Assembly: GCF_018977255.1 (NCBI RefSeq)
Contig: NW_024704742.1
Span: 92,134,001 to 92,198,000, forward strand
Length of the DNA stretch: 64,000 bases
Direction: 5' to 3'
Source of the DNA: Callorhinchus milii
Lineage: Eukaryota
Below the pieces are notes generated by a model. That model searched no databases, was not told where the DNA came from, and worked only from the letters and a program-made list of their open reading frames with translations. Shown here piece by piece: positions 22,150 through 35,658 of the stretch. Both the position numbers and the translations under genes were made by a program. Numbering within the stretch: position 1 is the first letter of the stretch; every line of letters begins with the position of its first letter.

Positions 22150-23067
22150 ATAACTGCTGTTTTTGATTTATATAAGTGACCTGGACTTGGGAAGTACAAT
22201 TTCCAAGTTTGCAGATTAAGCTAGGAAAAGTAGTAAACAGCGAGGAGGATAGTAGCAGACGGCAAATGGACATAGACAAACTGGTAAAATGGGCAGACAT
22301 TTTGGGAGGAAAAATGAGGAGAGGTAATATAAACCAATGGTAGAATCTTAAAGGGGTGAAGGAACAGAGAGACCCGGGGGTTCATCTAAGTAAATCTTTG
22401 AAGGTGGCAGGACAGGGAGATAAAGCTGTTAAAAAAGCATACGGGATACTAGGCTTTATAAATAGGGGCATAGAATACAAAAGTCAGAAGTTATGATGAA
22501 CCTTTATAAAACACTGGTTAGGCCTCAGCTAGAGACTGTGTTCAGTTCTGGGCCCCACACTTTAGGAAGGATATTGAGGCATTGGAGAGAGTGCAAAGGA
22601 GGTTTACCAGGGTGGTACCAGGAATGAGGGACTTCAGTTTTCAGGAGAGATGCTAGGATTATTCTCCTTGGATCAGAGAAGGTTAAAAGGAGATTCAATA
22701 GAAGTTTTCAAAATTATGAGGAGATTCGATAGGGTGAACAAGGAGAAACAATTTCCACTGGCGAGTGGGTCGGTAACCCAAGGGCACCGATTTAAAATAG
22801 TTGTTAAAAGAAACAGAGGGTAGGTGAGGAGAATTTTTTTATACAATGAGTTGTTTGGATCTGGAATGCATTGCCTGAAAGGGTGGTGGAAGTCGATTTG
22901 ATACCAACTTTTAAGAGAGAAGTAGATAATTATTTGGGGAGGACAAGTTTTCAGGGCTATGGGGAAAGAGCGAGGGAGTGGGATTGATTTGGATAGCTCT
23001 TTTCAAAGAACCGGCACAGACACGATAGGCCAAATGGCCTCCTCCTGTGCTGTATAATTCTATGATC
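22150..23067 (+). mobile_element. CR1 LINE 3' portion, degenerate RT
   Basis: SKFAD, DIDKLVKWA, RPQLE.CVQFWAPHFRKDI, WNALPE; ends GGCCAAATGGCCTCC..ATTCTATGAT. Confidence 0.92.
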
Positions 23068-23339
23068 CTATGAATTAAATGTATCACCTAATAGCTTCAG
23101 TTTTTTCCTATAAAAACAGTCACTACGTTTGACAGTGATTACTTGTGAAGTGCTTTGAAGTGTTTTGACCTGATAAGGCGTTATAAAAATGCAATTCTTT
23201 CTTGCATTTACACTGAAACACTTTATAAGGAAATAAGGCCATATTGCCTTGTGATTACCTATTTTATCAGTGATAGCTGAAGCTGACATGCAACCTATTG
23301 AACAGGCAGTGGATGGATTTATCCAAATGAAAATCATAA

Positions 23340-23530
23340 AGATGATCTGTGGCTGAAAGATGTGTTCTGCAACAATTGAAAAGACCTGTTTGAAGATTTC
23401 CTCAAGCAAATCAACAAAATACACCCGAGATCCTGCATAATTCACTCATCAGCTGTAAAAAGAATGGCAAGCTCCCTTTTTGGACATGTTGAATTATCAA
23501 CCTACCGAACAGCAAAATTCAGGCATTCAC
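23340..23530 (+). mobile_element. Penelope-like element RT fragment (degenerate)
   Basis: DLFEDFLKQINKIHP..FT..KNGKLPF(LD) across frameshifts, matching the PLE motif FL..LN..HP.I.FT.E.E....LPFLD. Confidence 0.65.
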
Positions 23531-23896
23531 CCACTCGTCTGCAAAATGTATGGATTATAACAAAAAGATTATCAATATTATATGTGACAGCTCGCTGTGT
23601 GCACATAGTAATTGGACAAAGAAAACAGGCCTTTTAATTTCTCTGAGGCACATAGACATCATTACCAGCACAAATCGAGACAATATCCCTTTCACTCTGT
23701 TTTAACCAGTGAGTTGATTTTATCTATAACCCCATTCACAACTGCAAAATCATGTCCAGGGAGCCTTCATAAACAGATAGTAGCTTCAAAATAATAAAAG
23801 CCAAGACTTCCTCTTCTGTTGATTTCTTGAACATTTCCATTTAAAAGGCTGACTTTGCAACCATTAAAAGATGACATGGAATTGAGGGGTTACTTA

Positions 23897-24325
23897 AATA
23901 ATCCTTGCATTTGCATTTGCTACAGTGCTTTATCACGTCGTCGAGTTATCTGAAAACGCTTTACAGGATACACTATAAAGTGGATTGACTGTATTTTGTG
24001 GGGAAACACGGCAGCCAGTGCACAGCAATATCCCACAAACAGCCATGAAGTGAGTGATCAATTTTATTTGGTAGATTTGTTGGCCAGGTCACAGGGAGAA
24101 ATTTTCTCTTCTTTTCAAATAGTGCCATAGGACCTTTAACGTCCACCTGAACAGGCACTCGGGACCTCAGTTTGACATCTCAACCGCACCTCTGACAATG
24201 CAGCACACTCCCAGCATTGCATCAGAATGTCATCTTAAACTATGTGATTCAAAGCCCGATGTGGGACTTAAACCCAACCTTCTAACTCAGAGGAGAAAAT
24301 ATTACCGCTGAACCAGGCTGACACA
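23897..24325 (-). mobile_element. DeuSINE, near full length
   Basis: Tail, Deu domain and tRNA head (TGAACCAGGCTGACAC) in order. Confidence 0.9.
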
Positions 24326-24974
24326 TCATATATTCTAGGTCAATACTATGAGGGAACTAAATTAATATCAGAACTGCAACTTAGGGCTGGGTCAGCAAAG
24401 TTGAATTCCAGGTTAATTCATCTATTGCCGACTTGCACATACCCTACACCCCACCCCCACTTACAAAGCCCACCTCAAGACTACTTCTCTGACCATGTTT
24501 TTGGTCATTTCTCCCCTCCAGCCCTATCGCACCCTGGCTCAAGTATCCAGCCAGCAGTGTGAAACGCTTTGACACAACCTCATAACATGAAAGGTGCTAT
24601 ATAAATCTATATTCTCTTTTATTGTAAGCCTCATTTTGTTATCCATACTTACATGGAACAGAGTTTTATATTTTGGTACATTTAGGGATAGAGCAGCTCA
24701 TAAGAGAACCTGTCTTCAAATTGCACATCATTGCACATTTGGAGTGGATGACCTTTTAAAAATAATTTCCATCTGATCTTGGCTAATTACTGCATTGATC
24801 ACTCCTGGTATTTTGCAAGATATTTTGCCTTAATGTTACAATCTGCATTAACAAGAGCCAATGGCACTTAGTCACCACAATCTAATGGCTCTTACTTATT
24901 CTATCTAATTAAAGAAATCAAAGCAGGCACCAAAGATCCATTGATTTTTGCTTTAATAAGCATCTCGTTCTACA

Positions 24975-25440
24975 ACTCTGACCACCTTGTGGCTCTGCTC
25001 CTGTGGCCAGGCGAGGAGCGAGAGTGGGGCGGTGAGTGGAGTCTCCTTGGAGCTGAACTGGCTCCAAAGTAACATGCTCGGCAACAGAATGATAGAATCA
25101 ATTCAACCCTCTGTGGTGGTCTCATTAGTCTAGTTCCTGAGCCAGGCGGGTCTGCATTATTCCATCCACTGCTGACAACAGCCCAGCCAGCCTGGCTCAT
25201 TGGTAGGACTTGGAGGAACAGGCCAGTCACTGGGGGCAGGGATTCCTTCCAGTCAGCTGTTAAGCTTGCAAGCCAAAGCCCTAACGGGTAGTGTGGCCGT
25301 AGCTACATAAGCAGCAGAAAGCTTGCCAGACGCGATGGCAAGCTATGTGGTTTTAGCTGGTTAAGCTCCAGCACACCCTGTGGTCCCCAAGCTTTAGCTC
25401 TTGCCAATGTGTACCTGATACTTCCGTGTGTGTCAGACAT
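24975..25440. other. GC-rich island with multiple hairpins, unassigned
   Basis: Stems 24997-25002/25014-25019, 25047-25053/25061-25067, 25320-25328/25336-25344, 25356-25360/25368-25372. Confidence 0.5.
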
Positions 25441-25904
25441 TCAGCTGATGAAAGAAATTATGAAAATTCTATGATTCTTGGCATATATATGGCATAAATC
25501 ATCAGGAAATCTATTTTTTGTATGTTAGAGCTTTCATTTAAAATCTATTGTCCCAAAATTCATTTCCTCATTGCTCCTTAGCTTTCCTCTGGTAATAAAG
25601 AAAGTGAAAGACACAGTACAAAAGTTATCAGTTCTTTCTCTCATCCTGAAAAATATATAAATAATTTGCAAACAATGTTATCAATTGGTTCAGTGCCAAA
25701 GTGGCATTTTTGTTTAGAATTACAAATATCTTTGTCTTGAAAAGTCAAATATGTATTGAACATTAAAATAATGAATAAAGAAATAGTGTTCAGCTTATGG
25801 GAATATAGAAGTAAGTAATTTGTCCCATCTAGCCTGTGTTGCCACTTGATTAGTTATTTTCAGCTCTATATCCTTCTAATTTTTTTTCCTCCTTTTTCCA
25901 AATC

Positions 25905-26135
25905 ACAAGATCACAAAATAAGTTGGGGGTTAAGAAGGTTCATTGGCCTATTTGATCTCATTCTTGCATTATACCTACCCTTCCGTCTTCCAATTACAAC
26001 ACCAAACTGTTTCTTTAAACAAGGACCCAGTACTTTCCAAGTATCTATCTGTGTCCTTTTTAAACACATCAATCAATTCTGAATCTGTTGCCTTCTGGGG
26101 AAGTGTATTCCACATTCTCACAACCTTCTGTGTCA
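25905..26135 (-). mobile_element. Degenerate CR1 3' end
   Basis: CACAAGATCACAAAAT..GGCCTATTTGATCTCATTC; ATTCCACATTCTCACAACCTTCTGTGT. Confidence 0.6.
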
Positions 26136-26719
26136 AGTCCATTTCCATCCACAGATCTTGTTTAATTCATCCTGTCATTAGTTCTATTCCTTATTTCATC
26201 CCCAAGGGAGATGACTAACATGAGTAAACTCCAAGGCATTAAAGCTCTGTGAAATTTCTCATCTATCGCTAGTTAAACTTGTGAAACCAGAGGACATTAA
26301 TCAATCATTACCAATTTTATTTAATCCTAACCAGCTATGTATTTGTAGCTGACAATTACAAGGTCCCATATGAACCAATATGCATGTTTGATGTGTTTGA
26401 TCATTCATGTCTATATTTATCTTTTATAATCTTAAACCCCAATCTAAATTGGATATTTATCCAAGAAAATTACAGCTGCAAATATATACAACTCTATGAG
26501 AAATATTTTGCTCTGCATTCATGTTTGAAATTTGTTAGATTTACGTTGACATCTTCTCTTTCTGTAATCAAAACCTAAGTTTAATAACTTGCTTCACCCA
26601 CTATTCATGGCAGTTGCCATTATGGAGGCTTTCCCCCAATGAAAATAAGATTGCTTTGGCTACCGATGAACCATTGTTTATTCTAGCATTGGGTTAGGGA
26701 GACCATGATGTTATGGACA

Positions 26720-26890
26720 TGTTCTAGATTAGTTGATCTCAGTCAAGGAAGCAGTTTGGTTGTTGCAGATGGTCTCAATGGTTGTGGATTCCATGGGAAA
26801 AATCACCCATGGTTAGCAATCCTGGTGATCACTGTCCACAGACCCCTTGCAGGAAGGTACGTGCATCTTGAAGTCTGTTGAGACCAGGAA
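26720..26890 (+). mobile_element. Ancient SINE body fragment (family name uncertain)
   Basis: TTAGTTGATCTCAG..GGGAAAAATCA.CCA.GGTT..TCCTG..GATCACT.TCCA..GACCCC resembles an old chondrichthyan SINE body as recalled, not searched. Confidence 0.4.
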
Positions 26891-27089
26891 ATGTTTATTC
26901 ATTTAACATTTAAACTCTCCAGAATTGCTTGGAACATTCATAATCTTCATTACGGCACTCATCTGGCCACATTACTTGATTAGAATTTTTTTTAATGCTG
27001 CAATAAATACCCTCCTCTGTTTTGTTCATTGATAATTTAAAAAGCTGAGGATCCAGAAGAGAGCATCAGAGAGCTCTTCTGGCCCAGAA

Positions 27090-27500
27090 ATGGCACTTCT
27101 TTTATGCATAACACAGATTTTATTGTCACGTTAATTTCCGATTCAGCAAGCTAATCTGTTGTTAGTCCCATGGTGTTTAATTTTCTATAAAGTTTCATGT
27201 GCAGAATTTTATCAAATGTTTTCTGAACGTCTACAGGATTGTTTTTGTCTGCTAAATTAGTTATGTCCAGTAGATTGCTCCTAAAATCAGCCTGACTGTT
27301 CCTTAAGGCTATTTAAATGATCATTGATCGTTTGAGCATTTTCTTTATTGAACTGTTTCACTCCATTTCTGAATATTGGAATAACATTCAAAAGCTTCGA
27401 GTCTTCAGCAATGTCCCAGATCCTCCTGTTTTATATGGAGCTCCTAAAAATATTAGCCAGCATCTCACTGTCTTAAGTTCTTGAATTGTTTCTTCCACTG
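27090..27500 (-). mobile_element. Very old CR1 RT remnant
   Basis: Minus strand VDVQKTFDKILHMKLYRKL (cf. LDFQKAFDKVPH.RL). Confidence 0.55.
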
Positions 27501-28354
27501 CTATCTTCAAAAATATTTTCCATACTCAAAAGGAGCTAGGTTGTGTTCTGCCACTAGTGCTCTGTGTTTATATTTAAATCTATACATTCATTGTAATGAT
27601 TAATGTATCTTCAAACAGCATGACACCTCTCCAATTCTCTAATTTTATGCTCTATTGATAACCTTTCAGGTTCTGTCTTCTGTTTCCATTTTACTGAAAA
27701 ATAAATGATCTATCTTCTAATAAAAGCTTTGTAGTTTTTTTGGATTACAATGCCACTATCTGTGAGGACCAGATTGGTTTTAAGAAACCGAAATGTTTTC
27801 TTATTCAAAAATGCCTTAATGTCCTCATCCTTCAAAAGAGGCAGCATCAAGCATTACATCGGATTTTGACACTTTTTCTTTCTCTGTCCGTTGAATATAA
27901 CAGGCCAATGATGCAAGATCATAAAAATGTACATATCAAGGAATGAACCACCAGCTGCACTGGAGAAACTGAACTGTACAAATACTGTACGTTTCTACTC
28001 GTTCGAGCAAAGCTATTGCTTTCCGACTTACTGCAAATATTGTACACTTACTATGGCATTGTCTTTTCTCCCACCCAATATTGATTGCTATTTAATGGTA
28101 TGAACTGACATAAGGGAGGACATATGTAATAATTGTCTTCAACCTGGTTCAACCCCTGAAAGATACATATCACATTAGAATTTTTGATTTAAGAGTAACC
28201 AACAGCTGGTATGTCATTATTGCAAGCATGCATTTTATGCAAATATTGACGACTTAAGTGCTGTAATGCTGCAACAATGCCTTGAATTTTTTAGAAATTA
28301 ATAAGTGACTGAACATTTGTTATATTGCTTATGCCAACAGCTGAAGGCATCATT

Positions 28355-28900
28355 TTTAGCATGAGGCATCTTTTGCCTCTGAGTCAGAAGGTTGTGGGTT
28401 CAAGCCCCTTGTAGGGACTTGGAACTCATGTAGTCTAAGCTGACACACAGAGTCTAAGTTTCTCCCAACTGGCCAACAATCCCCCAAATAAAATTGGTCA
28501 TTCAATTCATGGCTCTTTATAGGATATTCTCTGTACAAATTAACTGCCATGTTCACCCACAAAACACATTGCACTTTATAGTGTATCCTGTGAAGTATTT
28601 TGAAATGTCATCTTGATGTGAAAGGAGCTATTTCAAATTTAAGCGTTATTACTATTATTACTTATCATTGATTTTGTTTCCTTTTTTTGGTCAGCCGGGT
28701 GTCAGCCTGTCTCAGTTGGGAGCACTCTTGCCTCTGAGTCAGAGACCTTTGGTTCAAACCTCACATTGGGATTTTGAACTCACATAGGCTGGGCTGACAC
28801 TCCATTGCAGTGCGTGGGGGTTAGCTGTATTGTTGGAATACCGTGCTTCAGATGAGATGCTAAAACTGAGGTCCCATTTGACTGTTCAGGTGGAAGTTTC
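28355..28900 (+). mobile_element. Two tandem DeuSINE fragments (28355-28660 internally deleted; 28698-28900 5' half)
   Basis: GCCTCTGAGTCAGA heads, GCTGACAC, Deu motifs. Confidence 0.8.
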
Positions 28901-29477
28901 TATGTCTTTAATGTCACACAAACATATCTCTGTAACAACAATGTAAAGGAAAACTGTGTCGTCTTAGGATTCTCCTCAATTCCTCTATAGCATTTCATCT
29001 GCACCTTTGATTCTTTCCCTCATGACTAATTGCAGCTTTTACACACCTTTTTGAAAGAGAAAAGATTCCACAAGCCTATACACCATGGTTCAATATGTAC
29101 TTTATCTAAGCATACAACAACAACAAAATTACATTTGTATTGCGCCTTTCATGTTGGCAGGGCAGCCCAAGGTGCTGGATAGCTATATCAAAGATAGCTA
29201 TGACAAGCCACATTTCAGTGTGCAGCCCTATTAAATTATTATTATAATTGTCACTATGAAATATTTTACATCAATAAAATATAATATTGCTATGTTCTGA
29301 TAATAACAAACAATTATTAGTGTATCACTCAATAGTATATAAATAATATATAAATATATTAATAAATATTTTTGACAAATACTGATTCATAATTCAGTAG
29401 AGTAATATAACATTAAATAATAGTAAGTTAGAAACACTTTAGTGAATCATCAGTCAATTTAGACTTGTACACAAGGT

Positions 29478-29715
29478 CCAACATGTTGTCTAGTTTTAGC
29501 CGATAAGTCTATTTTGTCTTAAAATATAGGAACGCTACAGAATTGATGAAAATCCTTAAATCCAGTTTTGGATTGGAATCCAGTATTTCTACAATTCTTA
29601 AAAAGAATCGGCTTTCAAATTAAGACTGAATTTGAGAATTTCTAACAATTCTGCGTCACCTTAAATTTTAAGACTAAATAGTTTTATTGGCTAGGATAAG
29701 GTGTAAATTTAGGCC
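29478..29715. mobile_element. Palindromic MITE-like repeat, best-preserved copy
   Basis: TAGCCGATAAGTCTATTTTGTCTTAAAAT.. is the imperfect reverse complement of ..ATTTTAAGACTAAATAGTTTTATTGGCTA; arms about 75-100 bp. Confidence 0.75.
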
Positions 29716-32139
29716 TAAGATTCCATTATCTATCTCTCAATCTAATACCTCTGAATCCTTTTACTGAAGCTTTGGTGTATCTCTGTATGCTTTGTTTCAA
29801 ATTATTCATGAAATTCTGAGCAAAAGAAAGGGCAGGTAGGATTCTGAGTTTTTTTCTATACCTTTGCTCTCTTCCTTTCCCTCATCTTCAAGCTCATTCC
29901 TCCATTCAGTGATTCCATTTGTCAAGCAATTTGAGACATTCATAATGAAAGCCATTATGTAAGTGCCAGTTGTTGTTAATTGAATTGGACCGAATTAGGG
30001 TAATTCCGATTTAGCCTACTTTTCCCCAGTTTTAATGTTTTAAATTGGGCTTGAATATGAATTCCACCATTTTTTCTATCTCAGCATAGATTTCCCTCAA
30101 AGTATGGCAAGAGAATGGTCACTATCTGTGTCATGCACTACATTAAAAATAAATGCTGATTTTGGAATGTTTGGCGCGGCGGGCAATGTTACCGAGGTAG
30201 GGAAAGCTGAGCAGGGCAGAGCATGGATGTGAGATTTAAAGGACAGCTAAGAAATTAAGAAATAGATGCAAATATGTATCTATTTTCCACGTTGTGAAAT
30301 TGGCAATCCCATATGAGTTCTCTCAGAGTCTGGGGACCTGAGCCTCAAACTTATATGCCAGTTCCTACCTTTGGAGGGTGGTCACCATCCACTGAGTCTG
30401 GCTTTGAAGCATGACCGCCTTCAGTGTCTCTGAGAGCTTCTCCTTCCCGTTTGTCTTCATCAACAAAACAAACATGGCATTTGTTTGGCTCTGAAACTGC
30501 TGAGGTAAATGGTGAATGTGCTCCGAGACACTGTCCAGCTTGAAGGACACTATATAAATGCAAGTCATTGTTGTTATTGTTGTAAATGCCACAGGAACCT
30601 CAAACTAAAATGCAAAAAGTGGCAAGTTCCATTATAACTAGTTTCCTCCAAATTCTAGAGCCATTTATTTTGTTTAGCCGGGTAACTGTTACATGGGAAA
30701 ACCCATCACCATGCTTGAGAATGCCCAAACCAGACTGAGAGTTCTTTTACGAAATAATATCTTGCGGTACAGTATATAGTTCGGGACATGACATGTACAT
30801 GCAACTGCCAGGATGGTGGAAGTCGAACTGGACGGACCTTGGTCTTCTTTAGGGGACCCTAGAGTCACATTGGGATTCTTACTGCTGAAATTTAAGCAGA
30901 TAAAAGCCACGCAGCTTGCAGTTGTGAACACTGTCTGGCGAACTTCTCGATTCTTGTCCAGCTAGGACCTCCCTGCTCATCTGGAGCCTGGGGGAGGAGT
31001 TTGATTCCTTTATCCTCTTACTCATGACAGTTTTTCTGCTAACTGATCTCTCTGCCCACGACGTGGTTTTGTTGTCACCTTTCTAATGTAATTTTACTAA
31101 TGTGTTCTTGAGGAACCTTATCACATTCTGCCATGGCATCTGTTTTTTCTATCACAAACCGACAGAACTTCCTGCACTTGACCATCCATTTCAACCTGGT
31201 TTCTAAAACATTACCATCTGTGCTTTTATTCCCTGCAGCTACTTTCCTTCCTAAGCTTTCCACTATAAATTTCTTTTTTTAAGCTCCCTTTATCTGATCC
31301 TACCTCTTCCTGTCATATATCCTGACTGCTGGCAGTTCATCTCCACTACCTGCCTCAGCAGCAAAGCAGTTCCTTTGACCTTTCTCTTCTTTTGCAAAAT
31401 ATTTTTTTCTTTACTTCTCTTTCAAGCCCTCCTTTCTCCTGCCGTCTCATTCAAGTTCTCTGCCTGCACATCATCAGGGGGTTATCTGAGTGGAGACATC
31501 CTGATGATCTACTTCAGCAATTGCCTTCAGTTCATAACTCCTGTAGTTTACGTTTCTTCCCCTTCCAGTGAGCAACGGCAACACTGGGGAATCAATCATT
31601 TTTCCACTACGCAATCAATGGTAGCACAAAGTACACTCAGACCAGTTATTGAATTTGTGAGATGAATTGCAGAGCTATCCGCACACTGCCCTGACAATAT
31701 ACCCATTATATCACATATATCTCAAGTCTCTTTCCTGAGCTGTGACTCTCTGGCCATAGTTGCTGTTTAGATGAGGTGAGAGGAGTGTTTTTGCTGCTGA
31801 CTTGTGGGACTATTTCAGTCGTGACTTTTAAAATAACAAACCTAGCCGCCTGGCTGATGAAATGACTGTGCAAATCATGTGCAAATTATACATTGGGTTT
31901 GAATATTTGCTATTGGCAAAACTGGAAGACGCTGCGTTCGTAACGGTTTCTGGTTTGCAAATGAATTTATGGTTTTGCTGTGAAACTCACTCACAAATTG
32001 CAGTGGCAAGGCAGGAAATTGTGAACAAACATTGTGACCCTGGAGACCTGCTATTGCAAATTTGTGGCCTTTATTGGCTTTGATCCAAGAAATCCCAAGA
32101 TATTTTTCTGAGTTTACTTTTTCAATCCCACTCTCCTCT

Positions 32140-33480
32140 GAACAGTCTCTAGGGCCTGGGAAGCCCCTTTCTGTGACCAGAACTATATGCAGTATGTCTA
32201 GGCATCTAAACTGAACTAATTTAGAAATACAGCCAGCATCCTGTTTGCCCTGCTCATTGCTGTCTCACACTGGGACCTTTGCTGCCTTCTTTCATTTCAC
32301 AGTTTCCCCTAACTTGGTGTTATCTGCATATTTAACTACCATACACTGGGTCTGTAAATGCAAGTCATTAATATATGTGAGGAACAAGAGGGGTCGCATT
32401 ACAGATGTCTGAGGCACCCTGCTTAATATCTCCCCCCATTTTAACAAAGCCCCTCTGTTTCCTTCCCTTCAGCCAATTCTGAATACATATTTTATTCTTG
32501 ATAATAATAATAATCCTTACATTTGATATAGCACCTTATTACATCATCGAGAGTCTCAAAGCAGTTCACAGGATAATACTGTAAAGTGGAGTTACTGTGT
32601 ATTTTGTGGGCAAAACACAACAGCCAGTTTGTGCACAGCAATGACCCACAAATAACCATGGTGTGAGTGATCAGTTTTATTTGGGGGTTTTGGTGCCCAG
32701 GACACCGGGAGAAACTCCCTTCTCTTTGTTGAATAGTACCATGGTATCTTCAACGTCCATCTGAACAGGCAGATGGGACCTTGATTTAACATCTCATCTG
32801 AAGGACAACTCTGACAATGCAACACACCTCCAGCACTGCATTGGAGTGTCCGCTTAGACTATGTGATTCCAAGTCCTGGCATGGGCATCAGTTCTGAGTT
32901 CTTCCACTGAGACAAGCTGACACACAATACCCAACAGGCACGGTTTGAGAAGAGGTCTTTCACATCTATTTTGTCAAACATCTTGTCAAAAACTAGATAC
33001 TCTACATAATATGGCTTCCTACAGTCAATCTGGACTGTCACCTCCTCAACAAAGTCTATAATGTTAGTCATGCGGCTTATCCTTCTGAACCCATGTTCGC
33101 TGTTATTTATTAGATTATTTTTGTACAATTAATCTTCCATTTCCTTTCTGATGAATGACACAATTATTGAGGTCAGCCTAATGGGTCTGTTGTTGCCAGG
33201 TTTAGTTCTGCCAGCTTTCTTGAATATGGGAATACCATCTGCTTGTGTCCAATCCATTGGAAACTTCCCAATGATGACTGACGTCCGTATAATGTCTGTG
33301 AGTGCTCCACCAATCTCCTGCCTTGTCTCATAAGTATCCTCGGGTACAAGTCATCTATCCTGGGGGATTTGTTGGTGTTAAGCCCATTGAATTTATCTGG
33401 AATCTCAACCTCATTTACATTAAATTGTATTTTTCAACTGTTAGGGATTACATTAACCAACGATCTGTTTTGGTCTTGAA
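32140..33480 (-). mobile_element. Old CR1 RT region interrupted by a DeuSINE
   Basis: HGFRRISRMTNIIDFVEEV..YLVFDKMFDK (32925-33130); YINDL..VKYADNTKLG (32300-32400). Confidence 0.8.
32500..32922 (-). mobile_element. DeuSINE nested in CR1
   Basis: (ATT)n tail, full Deu domain, partial head. Confidence 0.9.
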
Positions 33481-35658
33481 GTGTCCCACATGTTGCATTT
33501 CATGTATCGATCATTCACCTCCTCACTATTTGTCGGATATTGCTCTGCACAAATTGGCTGTCCTGTTCAACCACAACTAGATAGTAATCACTTTAAAGTA
33601 CTTTCAGATGTTTCGATATTGTAAACAGTATTTCATCGCAATAATTATTTATTTTATTTATTTTTGTTGACAATGTTCAGTCAACCTCCGATACAAGAGG
33701 TCTAATTTGCAGAATTCACAAAGAATTTGGAAAGAATAGATTTTTTGGGTGTGTGTGTATGACCATCTGGAACACCAAATATTCACTAGTTACAGATCCT
33801 TCTGCCAATCTCGGAAATGGGACCCAAAAGATTCTGTGAATAAGAAAATTCATGTGCTCAAAGTGAATAAGTCAGTCTATTTGCTGGAATTCTGTGATTC
33901 GGGGTGAACACTGGCTATTCACTGAATATAGGAACATAGGAAAGCAGAAACAGGAGGAGGCCATTCTGCCCATCAATCCCATTCCATCAGTTTATTAGAC
34001 TTGATCAGATATTTTAATCCCATTATCCTGGCCTTTTGCCAAGCGTATAATAACTCTGCTTTCCAAGTCTATCTGTATATCTCTCTTTTAAACAACCCTA
34101 TTAATTTTACCCCTACAGCTTTTTAGGCTGAAGGACTTTGCGAAGCCAATATCAGTAGTGCCACATAATAAAATTAAGCTAGGTTATACCTAATCTCCAA
34201 TGAAACACTAGTAAAATCACATCTAAAGTTTAGGGTCAAATTTACTCTGATGACTAAAATTAGTGATCTTTTTCACTTGGTCGTTATAATGAGATTTTCT
34301 ACTGCACATGTCAGTAGTTAGTATATTTACATTCTGTGCAACATTATATTTTCTCAGGGTGTTCTCGGAGGCAGTTCTTCTTTCCTGATTGGATTGAAAA
34401 TTGAACAATAAATCTCAGGGCAGGTTTGTCTTAGTTGTAATAGAGGTCTTATTTACAATATATATGATGCTGGATGCTTTGTTGATAGAACAGACAAGAG
34501 TATGGTGCCATTGGTGATTTTGCATTGATCTTGTCTTTATCTAGTATTTACCTGGCTCTTCTACATAGCTGTGTGCTAATCTAGTTACTTCACATTGTTA
34601 TGTATTGGTAGCCTCAACACTGGTTCAGAACATCAGGGCCTGAGGCTATGGTAGCAGGATTAGATATTTCTGTGTCAGCAGTGCTTGAGTTACTCAGGTT
34701 AGTGCCGTGTGGCACATGGACGGTAACTAGTAGCAACGCACAGTTATGTTGGAGCCCCAGACAAACACTGCACAAAGGGAAACTCAATGAAAAATCACTG
34801 TGGCTTGCTGAGCAGATGGGACATATATACTAGCAGAGGGCTTTTCCACATTCAGTGTTCATGGCATTTGCTCCCCCCAATCTATTCACAAAATCAAAAG
34901 AGAGGTATGGATGAAGAAATGCTTTTGGTCTATTTGATCTCATATTTTCCTTATGATTACTTGTTCCTGGTGTGAGGCTTGAGCGGACTATGCTGAGGCT
35001 GTGGCCATGACTTGCTTTATTGCCAAAGGTTGCTACTTCCTCTCTCATCTGACAAATAATAATACTCCTTACATTTGATATAGCGCCTTATCACATCTTT
35101 GAGATATCTCAAACCACTTCACAGAATATACTGTAAAGTGAATTGACTGTATATTTTGGGGCGAAAGACAGAAACAGAAAAAACTGTAGTGCAACATGAT
35201 TTTGAGTGGGGTGGCAAGTATGCCAACATAGTACTTGGGATATTCTACACTGACGTGTACGTTAATTGTGTCATGCAATTTTCTATTATATTTTCTATAA
35301 AGCAAATGAAGAGTTATACCTTGATCGTACTGAAATATAAATCTGGGTATTACCACCTGCACTGCTGTCTCCAGCTATTTTGAAGTCACCCAACTCCTCC
35401 AAGCTCTCACGTCTGAAATAACTGGACAATGACATTCTCCTGCCATGGCTGCCCTTGCCTGATGACAAAATGCAAGCATGTACCACAGAACAATATCAAA
35501 CCCTTCCATTAAGATAATAGAAGTGTAATGGTTTCTAAAGGCATAGGGCAATAGCTGCTCAGTAAGTCAAAGCCTTATATGCATGTCCTACTACTAAAAC
35601 TTCCATTTTTGCTTTTAATGCAAACATATTTTTCCGAAACCATAAGCAAATTTTATTG

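Noticed and set aside
25355..25410. Twister ribozyme (TAA..GC..GGTCCCCAAGC)
   Set aside because: Downstream P4', P2' and GGG pseudoknot partners are absent.
25443..25475. Hammerhead ribozyme (CTGATGA..GAAA)
   Set aside because: No stem II or cleavage-site helices can be formed; other CTGATGA hits checked also fail.
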